NCBI GenBank assembly: GCA_965237955.1
Contig: OZ250169.1
Span: 3,520,001 to 3,584,000 of the forward strand
Source of the DNA: Candidatus Marinacidobacterales bacterium
GTDB taxonomy: Bacteria > Acidobacteriota > Vicinamibacteria > Marinacidobacterales > SMYC01
Direction: 5' to 3'
DNA: 64,000 nucleotides
How positions within the stretch are numbered: position 1 is the stretch's first letter; each line of letters starts with the position of its first letter. The notes under the pieces were generated by a model. That model worked only from the letters and a program-made list of their open reading frames with translations, was not told the origin of the DNA and did not search any database. Position numbers and translations under genes: made by a program. Positions 11,730 through 20,183 of this stretch are shown piece after piece.

Positions 11730-12894
11730 TCAAGGATCGACAACGCGGAACAGGCTCGTCTCGCCTTCGTGAATTTTGGAGATGACGACACTCCGTGCCG
11801 GATCCCGACTACCGCTGAACCGGATGGTTCCCGTCGCGCCCGTGTACTCGACGGTCTCGGCCAGAGCCGCGCGGATCGAATCTGGGTCTTTGCTCCCGCG
11901 GCTTTCGATGGCCCGAAGGAGAAGGTTGATCGCGTCGAACGTCATCGCGGCCGTGACCTTCGGGACGGTGCCATGCGAGTCACGGTAGAGCTCGACGAAA
12001 CTCCGCGCTTCGGGCGTGTCCATCGCATAGTGCCACTGATGCGCGATGAACGCCCCGTCGCTCTCGGGCATACGTTTGAACGCCTCCATGTCCCACATGT
12101 CGCCGCCTAGAAGGATCGCGTCGATTCCAAGCTCGCTCACCTGGCGGAGTTGGGCGACAACCCTTTCGGTGTCGTTGGGCAGGTAGAGCACGTGGGGATC
12201 GGTCGCGCCGATGCGCGCCAATTGTTCACGGTAGTCGAGTGGCTCGTCGAACGTATACGATTCGAACGCGACGATTTGGCCACCTTCGTCTTCGAATGCG
12301 CGCCGGAAGACGTCTGACAAGCTGCGTCCGTAAGCGGTCGTTTTGTCATAGAGCACTGCGGCGCGACTCGCGCCGAGCTCGTTCGCCGCGAACCGGCCCA
12401 TCACACTACCCTGGAAGTCGTCCAAGAATGCCAGGCGAAACACGAAGTTCTTGCCCTTGGTCGTTGCCGGGTTACTGGACATCGGGCTCAGCATCGGCAT
12501 GCGCGCATTCTCGGCAACGAAGGAGACGGGAATAGCGTGGCGTGAGAATTGCGGGCCGATCAAGGCGTCGATGCGCTCCTGATTGATGAGGGCGCGCGCG
12601 ACGCTCGTCGCTGAGTCGGCCCGGTCCTCGTAGTCTTTGACGACGATCTCGACTCGGTGAGGGTGCCCGTCGACTTCGATACCGCCGCGATCGTTGACGA
12701 TCTTCGCCGCGAGCTCGGAAGCGTTCACGGACGGGAGCCCGGAGGTTTCCTTGGGTTACACCCTGGAGGAGAGCTAGAAGTCCGATGCGGATCTCGCGAG
12801 GCGCGTCCGGCGCGGACCTGCAAGCGGTCACGAATGCGATCAGAGACGCGACTACGAGAAGCCTACTCACTTCCCGACACGTCTGCTTGCGCAT
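11730..12894 (-). CDS. LivJ/LivK-type branched-chain amino acid substrate-binding lipoprotein, frameshifted near 12750
   Basis: VNDRGGI, ALIGPQFS, FVFRLAFLDDFQG and YTGATGTIRF motifs. Lipobox VTAC and EIRIGLL are in the upstream frame. Confidence 0.85.
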
Positions 12895-13037
12895 CCCGTC
12901 TGTCCCCGCACACCGCGCCACCGGGATCATGCCCCGGCGCCGGTCTCACTGCGTCATGAGCCTAACACGACTACAAAGTTACATTCAATAAGGAGTTGCA
13001 GCCACCCCCGTCGTGAACTAATCTTGACGCCCGACCA

Positions 13038-13706
13038 ATGGCAAAGCCGACGTTCATTCCGCTGTCCCAATACCGGGCGTTTCCGGTCGAAGACATGCAG
13101 CAGCGTGCTCGGGAGTTCCACGAGCACCTGAAAACGCGCCGTACGGTGCGGGAGTACTCCGAGCGTGAGGTGCCGCGGGAGATCATCAAGGAGTGCCTTT
13201 TGACCGCAGGCACGGCGCCGAGCGGTGCCAACCAGCAGCCCTGGCATTTCGCGGTCGTGACCGACCCCGCGATCAAGAAGACGATCCGCGAAGCTGCCGA
13301 GGAAGAGGAGCGCGCTTTCTACAGCGGCCGGGCGCCGGACGAGTGGCTCGAGGCTCTCTCACACCTCGGTACGGACGAGCACAAGCCGTTTCTGGAGATC
13401 GCTCCGTATCTCATCGTCGTCTTTTCACAAAACCATGGGGTCAAGTCGGACGGGAGCACACTCAAGCACTATTACGTTGCCGAGTCCGTCGGTCTCGCCA
13501 CGGGAATGCTGATTGCCGCCATCCACAATGCCGGTCTCGTGTCCCTGACGCACACGCCGAGCCCGATGAGGTTTCTGAACGACATCCTCGGCCGACCCTC
13601 GAACGAGCGCCCGTTCCTGATTCTCGTCGTCGGCTACCCCGCCGACGATGTGAAGGTCCCGAAGATAACGAAGAAAACGCTAGACGAGATCGCCAGCTTC
13701 CACTGA
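13038..13706 (+). CDS. Iodotyrosine deiodinase (IYD) subgroup of the FMN nitroreductase family
   Basis: [54 protein letters not shown] and LTHTP match IYD-type signatures. Confidence 0.85.
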   Translation: MAKPTFIPLSQYRAFPVEDMQQRAREFHEHLKTRRTVREYSEREVPREIIKECLLTAGTAPSGANQQPWHFAVVTDPAIKKTIREAAEEEERAFYSGRAPDEWLEALSHLGTDEHKPFLEIAPYLIVVFSQNHGVKSDGSTLKHYYVAESVGLATGMLIAAIHNAGLVSLTHTPSPMRFLNDILGRPSNERPFLILVVGYPADDVKVPKITKKTLDEIASFH

Positions 13707-13903
13707 GCTCGTCGCTCGCGCTCGTGTCCGCCGTCGTCGTGGGGTCTACATCAGCGGAGCTGGTGGTAACGTTGAGATCGACACGCGCTCGTAAGCTCCC
13801 TCGACGTCGGAGGGTGTTTGCGCGAGAGTCGCCAATAGCGCGACGGCCATGATTTGCATGCTCAGACGCCTTCAATAGACTTGGACTAGCCACAGGAGGA
13901 CCG

Positions 13904-14449
13904 ATGGCCTGGATTCACATGATCCCCGAAGACGAAGCTTCCGGGAGGCTCAAAGAGCTCTACGACAAATACACGGAACCTTGGGGCGGCGTCGACAATG
14001 TTCTGAAGATCCACAGTCTCAACCCGCGGTCGATGGAAGCGCATTTCAATTTGTACATCGCCCTCATGCGGGGGCGATCCGAGCTGAGCCGCGAGCAGCG
14101 GGAGATGATTGCCATCGTCGCTTCAGTCGCGAACCAGTGTCACTACTGAATCAAGCATCACGGGGCGGGGCTCCGTAAGCTGACGAACGACGACGCATTG
14201 GTCGAGAAGCTCACGACCGACTGGCGCAATGCCGAGCTGTCCGATGCCGATCGGCGAATGTTGGAGTACACCGAAAAGCTGACGCTCGAGCCGTGGGAGA
14301 TGAACGAATCCGACGTCGTCGCCCTCCGCGACCAGGGTTTCAGTGACAGCGCGATCCTGGACATCAATCAAGTGACAGGCTACTACGCTTTTGCCAACCG
14401 TCTAGCCGAAGGCCTCGGCATCGAGCTAGAAGCGATCCATAAAGAATAA
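13904..14449 (+). CDS. AhpD/carboxymuconolactone decarboxylase-like peroxidase, probable selenoprotein (CHYU), 181 aa with UGA readthrough
   Basis: ORFs 13904-14149 and 14198-14449 are in one frame. TGA 14147-14149 is at the second Cys of the NxCxYCxxHH motif; AGGAGG RBS. Confidence 0.85.
14147..14176 (+). promoter_or_regulatory. Putative bacterial SECIS hairpin
   Basis: UGA, 10 nt, then ACGGGGC-GGG-GCUCCGU (7-bp stem with one G-U pair, G-first loop). Confidence 0.65.
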
Positions 14450-14489
14450 GAGAGCTACCGGTGAGTCTTTCTTCCCGCGGATAAACTCG

Positions 14490-15839
14490 TCACTCGCTTC
14501 CGAGGTTCAATTCGCGCCGACGTTCCTGTTGCCACCGCCTCACGTCCTCTTCCGAGACGTCCGGATAGCTCCCGAGCGCCCAATCGAGACACGCGATGAG
14601 GTCGTCGGCCGCTTCCAGACCTACGCCCAATCGAACGAGTCTGTCGATACCCAGTGCCCGTGCCTCGTCCTCGGTAGCCCAGTACTCCGAAACCGATCGA
14701 TGGTGGTTCACTTTGGTCACGAGTCCGTCGAAGCTCAGGGCGTAGCGCGGGACTCGCGTCATGGCGAGCACGTCACAGAAGTGGCGCGTTGTATCCTCAT
14801 CCGCTCCATCGAGGCGGAAGCTGAGAAGCGAGCCGGGAAGCGAGTACTGGGTGGCGATGACGTCGGCGTCCGGATGCTCGGGAAGGGAAGGGTGGTGGAC
14901 TTCGCTGACCCGCCTGTGCCCCGATAGAAACGAAGCGACTGCGCTGGCGTTCCGACAACGTCTCTCGAAACGAGCCCTCGCTTCATCGAGCGCTGCCACG
15001 ATCGATTGCGAACGACGCCAGTCGAGGATGCCTCCGCGCATCGCCACCAGATCCATGACTTCGTTCATCTCTCGAATCCGATTCGATGCGATATAGCCCC
15101 ACATGTTCCTATCGCGCCCATCCATGGCTTTCGTGCCGCTGGAGATGACGTAGTCGACGCCGAGCTCGAGGAGAGGTGTGTTCGGAGCCCACGGAGTGGC
15201 GATGGTGTTGTCCACGATCGAGACGATGCGCGGACTCCGCTCTCTCGCACGCGATACGATAGCGACGAGCTTTTCGACGTCCACCGCTCGGGTGAGCGGG
15301 TTCGAATACGTCTCCACGAACACGAACCGTGTCGCCTCGGTGATGGCGCTCTCGACGTGCGCGAGCGAGTCCTCGGGTACGAGATCGATGCTGCCACCGA
15401 GACCTTCGGCGAGACGTTTCAGGTACGCCTTGGTTTTGTTGTAGCTCGCTTGCACGACGACGGCGTGCGTTCCCTGCTCGAACAGAACGTCGAAAAGAAG
15501 CGCCGCTGCGCCCATGCCGGAGTCGACTGCGATCGCAGCGGAAGCGTGCTCGAGCTTTTCGATCGCTGAGACAAGCGCCCGCGTCGATTCCGACCCGTAG
15601 CGCGCATAGGTCGTCGGTAGATGCGACCAACAATCTTCGGCGAGGAGGCTGATTCGTGCTTTTTCTTCCTGCCACGCGATCATGCGCGCCGAGCCCAGGA
15701 GGTCGAGCTGGATCGACTGGCCGTCTGGATGGAGAAAGGGTTTGCTGTCGCGGCGTATGGCGTCGTCGACGGCGTCATGAAGCTCGCGTGTGTCCGCACT
15801 CATCTCGGCGCGGGACGGTGGGTGGGTACGGTCGGCCAT
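14490..15839 (-). CDS. PLP-dependent Cys/Met metabolism family enzyme (divergent cystathionine gamma-synthase/lyase-like)
   Basis: YARYG, SGMGA, VETYSNP, VDNTIATP, SGTK (PLP lysine) and LVRLGVGLE motifs. Start uncertain (15854 or 15839); TATAAT at 15855-15860 on the minus strand. Confidence 0.85.
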   Translation of the reverse strand: MADRTHPPSRAEMSADTRELHDAVDDAIRRDSKPFLHPDGQSIQLDLLGSARMIAWQEEKARISLLAEDCWSHLPTTYARYGSESTRALVSAIEKLEHASAAIAVDSGMGAAALLFDVLFEQGTHAVVVQASYNKTKAYLKRLAEGLGGSIDLVPEDSLAHVESAITEATRFVFVETYSNPLTRAVDVEKLVAIVSRARERSPRIVSIVDNTIATPWAPNTPLLELGVDYVISSGTKAMDGRDRNMWGYIASNRIREMNEVMDLVAMRGGILDWRRSQSIVAALDEARARFERRCRNASAVASFLSGHRRVSEVHHPSLPEHPDADVIATQYSLPGSLLSFRLDGADEDTTRHFCDVLAMTRVPRYALSFDGLVTKVNHHRSVSEYWATEDEARALGIDRLVRLGVGLEAADDLIACLDWALGSYPDVSEEDVRRWQQERRRELNLGSE

Positions 15840-15872
15840 CAAGACTCGACGCACATTATAGGCTGGATGCGA

Positions 15873-16541
15873 TCAAACGCGCGCGTTCCGTCGAGAGAAG
15901 CGGTTGAAGAGCGCGTCGAACGCGAGCTGCACGTCTTCTTCCCGAAGAAAGATCGAGAACTCGGTCGCGGTCGACGCGATCTCGATGACGTTGATGTTCT
16001 GGAGCGCAATCTCCTCCATGAGCTGAAACAAAATGCCTTTGACCTTCAGGTAGCGCTCGTCGAACGCGACCCCCACCGCGGCGAGATCGTCGTGGAGGAT
16101 GCGTGGCGGCGAGCTGAGAGCGCTCGTCACCAGTCGCAGGTTCTCGGCTTCGACGATGACGGTCACCTCGCGCATACCTTCCGTCACCGTAATGAAGCCG
16201 TTGCGAGACTGGACGCGGTTGAACACCCGGTTGAGCTCGCGATGGCTCGTCGGTGACTTGGCGACGGTGGCCGCGCACAGGCCAGATTGGATGCTCACCT
16301 TGTCGAGGACGAGCTTGTCGCGGCGCGACTGAGATTGAGGCAGCCGGGCCAGCTTTTTCTGGAGTCTGGAGAGGTTCATCAGGACGGCGGCGTCGGTCAC
16401 TTCTTTTTTCGTCCGCGCCTCGATGCTCGGCCTCAGGAAACGCGCGACTTTCGTGAGGTTCATCAAGTCGTGATAGAAGCCGAATCGAAGCGCTGCGTGC
16501 GTCTCGACGATCTCCTGGACCGCTTCCGAAATCCGTATCAT
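15873..16541 (-). CDS. ACT-domain protein with N-terminal helical (HTH-like) region; probable amino-acid-sensing regulator
   Basis: C-terminal aspartokinase-like ACT (GILFQLMEEIALQNINVIEIASTATEFSIFL) without a kinase domain; N-terminal MNLTKVARFLRP...AVLMNLSRL. Confidence 0.7.
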   Translation of the reverse strand: MIRISEAVQEIVETHAALRFGFYHDLMNLTKVARFLRPSIEARTKKEVTDAAVLMNLSRLQKKLARLPQSQSRRDKLVLDKVSIQSGLCAATVAKSPTSHRELNRVFNRVQSRNGFITVTEGMREVTVIVEAENLRLVTSALSSPPRILHDDLAAVGVAFDERYLKVKGILFQLMEEIALQNINVIEIASTATEFSIFLREEDVQLAFDALFNRFSRRNARV

Positions 16542-16576
16542 GTTATGTATATAACATAATGACGTGTATGTAACAA
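16540..16576. promoter_or_regulatory. Tandem 18-bp operator-like palindromes in the divergent promoter
   Basis: ATGTTAT-GTAT-ATAACAT (16540-16557, perfect 7-4-7) and a 13/18 copy ATGACGT-GTAT-GTAACAA (16559-16576). Confidence 0.6.
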
Positions 16577-16659
16577 ATTCTCTATAGTTTCTTGGTCGTG
16601 GTGGGCCAGCAGTCTAAACTTCCACCTTGTTTGATGACAACCAACAGGAGGACGTGAAC

Positions 16660-16845
16660 ATGATGGCAACCATGACGATGGTGGAATGTCCGGTCTGCGG
16701 TGGTGGAGAAGTCGCTATGTCGCCGGACACCGTCGTGAACGAGCTACTCGATTGTGGCGAATGCGCGAGCGAGCTCGAAGTCGTCTCCCTCGATCCCCCG
16801 AGGCTCGAGGAGGCCCCCGAAGTCGCCGAGGACTGGGGTGAGTAA
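16660..16845 (+). CDS. lysW: Amino-group carrier protein LysW
   Basis: CPVC...CGEC zinc ribbon, acidic, C-terminal EDWGE; AGGAGG RBS. Confidence 0.97.
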   Translation: MMATMTMVECPVCGGGEVAMSPDTVVNELLDCGECASELEVVSLDPPRLEEAPEVAEDWGE

Positions 16846-17707
16846 AACCTCTTTTCGGGTGGCGTTGCTGCACTCGGTCGTGCGGCAGGAAGAAAAGCTC
16901 TTGACGTCCGCGCTCGAAAAGATTCCCGGCGTCGACTGCGTCTTGGTCGATGATCGCAAGCTGAGCGTCGATCCACAACGAGCGCACGCCGACTTCGATG
17001 CGGTGATCGCCCGGAGCGTGAGCAGCTCACGCAACGTGGCCGCACGCCATTTGTTCGAAGCCGCCGGCGTACGGTGTTTCAACCCTGCCTCGGTCGCTGA
17101 GATCTGCAACGACAAGATGCGAACGTCGCTCGCGCTGATCCGAGCGCGCGTGCCACATCCGGAGCTCCGGGTCGCGTTTACGGAAGACTCGGCGCTCGAA
17201 GCCATGGACGAAATGGGCTATCCGGTCGTGCTGAAGCCCGTGGTCGGTTCGTGGGGACGGCTCATCGCGCGCGCAACCGACACCGACAGCGCCCGCAGCC
17301 TTCTCGAACACAAGGCGGCGCTCCCGAGCTTCCAGCACCACATCTATTATCTGCAGCGCTACGTCGAGAAGAACGGCCGCGACATCCGAAGCTTCGTAAT
17401 AGGCGAACAGTGTATCGCGGCGATCGTGCGCGTAAGCTCCGATTGGCGAACGAACACGGCGCGTGGCGCCGTCGCCGCCAACTACCCCGTGACTCCGGAG
17501 CTCGAGGCGGTCTCTCTCTCCGCGGCGCGTGCCGTCGGCGGCGGGATTCTCGCGGTCGATCTGTTCGAGACCGACGAAGGCTTTCTCGTGAACGAAGTCA
17601 ACGACACGATGGAGTTCAAGAACAGCATCGAGCCCACCGGTGTCGATATTCCCGGAGCGGTCGCGCGCTACGTCGTCGACGAGCTGCGAGCGGCCCAAGC
17701 AGCATAA
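16838..17707 (+). CDS. lysX: LysX/ArgX ATP-grasp ligase (LysW-amino acid ligase)
   Basis: YPVVLKPVVGSWGRL, EHK, GRDIR, WRTNTARG and NEVNDTMEFKN motifs; overlaps lysW. Confidence 0.95.
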   Translation: MSKTSFRVALLHSVVRQEEKLLTSALEKIPGVDCVLVDDRKLSVDPQRAHADFDAVIARSVSSSRNVAARHLFEAAGVRCFNPASVAEICNDKMRTSLALIRARVPHPELRVAFTEDSALEAMDEMGYPVVLKPVVGSWGRLIARATDTDSARSLLEHKAALPSFQHHIYYLQRYVEKNGRDIRSFVIGEQCIAAIVRVSSDWRTNTARGAVAANYPVTPELEAVSLSAARAVGGGILAVDLFETDEGFLVNEVNDTMEFKNSIEPTGVDIPGAVARYVVDELRAAQAA

Positions 17708-18744
17708 TGCGAATCAATATCGTCGGAGGATCCGGCTACACCGGTGGTGAGCTGCTACGCTTGCTGTTGTTTCATCCCGACGTCGAGATTCAGGGAACGA
17801 GCTCGGAAAGCCTCGCCGGAAAATCAATAGGTCGAGCGCATCCCAATCTCCGCGGGATGACCGATCTGAAGTTCTCGAAGCTCGACGAGATCGAGCCGGC
17901 CGACCTCGTCTTTCTCTGTCTTCCGCACGGGACGGCGTCGGAGCGGTGGGACGAGCTCTTGGGGCTCGCGCCGCGCATCATCGATTTGAGCGCGGACTTT
18001 CGTCTGCGCGACGACGGAATATACGAAAAGTACTACGGCCGCGAGCACCCGCGACCACCGCTTCTCGAGCGGTTCGTCTATGGTCTTCCCGAGCTGCACC
18101 GAGACGCTATCCGGGTCGCGAATTGGGTAGCGTGCGGGGGCTGCAACGCGACGGCCACAATCCTGGGCCTGTACCCGTTGGCCCGAGCCGGCCTCATGGA
18201 CGCGAACGCTCCCGTGATCGAAGTCAAAGGCGGTTCGAGTGAGGCGGGGCGGAAGGCGTCGGCCACGAGCCATCATTCGGAGCGAAGCGGCTCGGTGCGG
18301 GCGTACGCTCCGACTGGACATCGACACACGGCCGAGATCGCACAGGCGCTCGGGAACGGAACGCCGATGCCGGTGCACCTCACGGTGACGTCGGTGGAAA
18401 TGGTGCGGGGCGCGGTTGCGACGAGTCACGTCTTTTCGAGCGGTGACGTTACCGAGCGCGACGTGTGGCAGATCTATCGTGACGCCTACCGTGACGAGCC
18501 TTTCGTTCGCCTGGTCAAGGAGCGCCGCGGGCCGTACCGCTATCCCGATCCCAAGCTTCTCGCGGGGACGAATTTCTGCGACGTCGGCTTCGAGGTAGAT
18601 GCGGATACTGGCCGCGTCGTCGTAGTGAGCGCTATCGACAACCTGATGAAAGGCGCGGCTGGCCAAGCCGTTCAGTGCATGAACGTGATGAACGACCTGG
18701 ACGAAACCGCCGGCCTGACCTTCCCCGGCCTCCATCCACTCTAA
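17707..18744 (+). CDS. lysY: LysW-gamma-aminoacyl-phosphate reductase (LysY/ArgC family)
   Basis: IVGGSGYTGGELLRLL, DLSADFRL, YGLPEL, GGCNAT and DNLMKGAAGQAVQ motifs; TAATG coupling to lysX. Confidence 0.93.
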   Translation: MRINIVGGSGYTGGELLRLLLFHPDVEIQGTSSESLAGKSIGRAHPNLRGMTDLKFSKLDEIEPADLVFLCLPHGTASERWDELLGLAPRIIDLSADFRLRDDGIYEKYYGREHPRPPLLERFVYGLPELHRDAIRVANWVACGGCNATATILGLYPLARAGLMDANAPVIEVKGGSSEAGRKASATSHHSERSGSVRAYAPTGHRHTAEIAQALGNGTPMPVHLTVTSVEMVRGAVATSHVFSSGDVTERDVWQIYRDAYRDEPFVRLVKERRGPYRYPDPKLLAGTNFCDVGFEVDADTGRVVVVSAIDNLMKGAAGQAVQCMNVMNDLDETAGLTFPGLHPL

Positions 18745-18760
18745 GAGCTCCAAGAACCAC

Positions 18761-19387
18761 ATGTGTCGGTTTCTGATGATGCGGGGGGAGCAGCCGTTCG
18801 CGGCGCTGCCGGTACTCGAGTCGTTTCGAGAGCGGTGTCGTGACAGCCGTGAGTATCAGGGTCACGGCTGGGGAGCGGCGTGGCGGTCCTCGGGTGCGTG
18901 GTCGCGTTATCGTTCTCTGACTCCGATTTGGGACGATGATCCCGAGCTGCCTTCGGAGGTCGACTTTCTCGTGGTGCACGCGCGCAGTGCCTTCCGCGAC
19001 GAAGGCATCGACATCGAGAACAACATGCCCTTCTACCGTGGGGAGTGCGTCTTTGTCTTCAACGGCGAGCTTCAAGGAGTCCGCTTGCAGGTTCCAGGAC
19101 GTATCGGCGCAGAGAAGATCTTCAATCTCATAGAAGGGCGAGACGAGGGGGACCTCGATGTGGCCGTCGCCGCTGCCGACAGCTTGCTCGTCTCGAAGAG
19201 CGCACGTGTGCGCGCGATGAACCTGGCGCTCACCGACGGCGATCGTATCTATACGAGCTGCCGGTTCACGGAATCGCCGGACTACTTCACGCTGCACTAC
19301 CGAGAGGGCGCCCTCGCCGCAGTGTGCTCCGAGCGTCTCGACGACAGTTTCAAGCCGATGGCGAGTGGGGAGCGCCGCGTCATCTGA
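18761..19387 (+). CDS. Stand-alone class II glutamine amidotransferase / Ntn hydrolase (EgtC/Dug3-like)
   Basis: N-terminal MCR (Cys nucleophile), HGWG, HARSA, ENNMPF, FNGEL and VCSE motifs. Confidence 0.85.
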   Translation: MCRFLMMRGEQPFAALPVLESFRERCRDSREYQGHGWGAAWRSSGAWSRYRSLTPIWDDDPELPSEVDFLVVHARSAFRDEGIDIENNMPFYRGECVFVFNGELQGVRLQVPGRIGAEKIFNLIEGRDEGDLDVAVAAADSLLVSKSARVRAMNLALTDGDRIYTSCRFTESPDYFTLHYREGALAAVCSERLDDSFKPMASGERRVI

Positions 19388-20183
19388 CGTGCTGCTCGTA
19401 AAAGTGGGCGGGGGTGCCGCCATCAACCTTGCCGGGATTGCCCGCGATCTCGCGAGCCTCGACGAGCCCGCGATCGTCGTTCATGGTGCGAATGCATGCC
19501 GAGACGATCTCGCGGAGCGTCTCGGTCACCCGACGCGCACGATCACGTCGGCGTCGGGCGTTTCGAGCGTTCTCACCGATGCGGACGCGCTCGACGTTTT
19601 GACGATGGCGTACGCCGGGCTCGTGAACAAGCGGTTCGTTCATCTCTGCCAACAACAAGGCGTCAACGCCATCGGCCTCACCGGACTCGACGGTGCTCTG
19701 GTGCGTGGTCGGCGCAACCCCGGTATTCGAGTTCAGGAGAATGGAAAAAAGCGTCTCGTGCGGGATCACTCGGGAAAACCCGAGACGGTGAACACGTCGC
19801 TTTTGAGGTTGCTCGTCGACCAGGGCTACACGCCGCTTCTCACGGTCCCGATTCTCGACGAGCACGGTCTTCCCGTGAGCACCGAGAACGACAGCGTCGT
19901 CGCTCTGCTACAGAAAAGCTTGGGAGCCCGCCGGGTCGTGCAGTTGCTCGAAGCTCCTGGATTTCTCGAGGACCCGGACGATCCCGCGAGCGTCGTCGAC
20001 GAGATGCGATTTTCGGAGCTCGAGGAGCGGGCGCGCTCGGCGCGCGGGCGTTTCCAGCGAAAGCTCATGGGGCTTTCTGCAATGGCGGCGAGCGGTTGCG
20101 AGGAGATCATTCTCTCGGATGGAAGAAGCGATAGCCCGCTGAGCTCGGCGCTTGCCGGCCGAGGCACGCGGATACGAAGGTGA
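19365..20183 (+). CDS. lysZ: LysW-gamma-aminoacyl kinase (LysZ/ArgB family)
   Basis: VKVGG, VVHGAN, YAGLVNK, GLTGLDG and RDHSGK motifs; start may be GTG 19389. Confidence 0.93.
   Translation: MGSAASSDVLLVKVGGGAAINLAGIARDLASLDEPAIVVHGANACRDDLAERLGHPTRTITSASGVSSVLTDADALDVLTMAYAGLVNKRFVHLCQQQGVNAIGLTGLDGALVRGRRNPGIRVQENGKKRLVRDHSGKPETVNTSLLRLLVDQGYTPLLTVPILDEHGLPVSTENDSVVALLQKSLGARRVVQLLEAPGFLEDPDDPASVVDEMRFSELEERARSARGRFQRKLMGLSAMAASGCEEIILSDGRSDSPLSSALAGRGTRIRR

Noticed and set aside
13706-13860. Minus-strand remnant resembling a TonB receptor N-terminus between IYD and AhpD
   Set aside because: Too short and frame-broken to support.
19385-19387. Other UGA stops (amidotransferase, IYD, FAD oxidoreductase) as selenocysteine
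   Set aside because: They fall at expected protein ends, not at conserved Cys positions.
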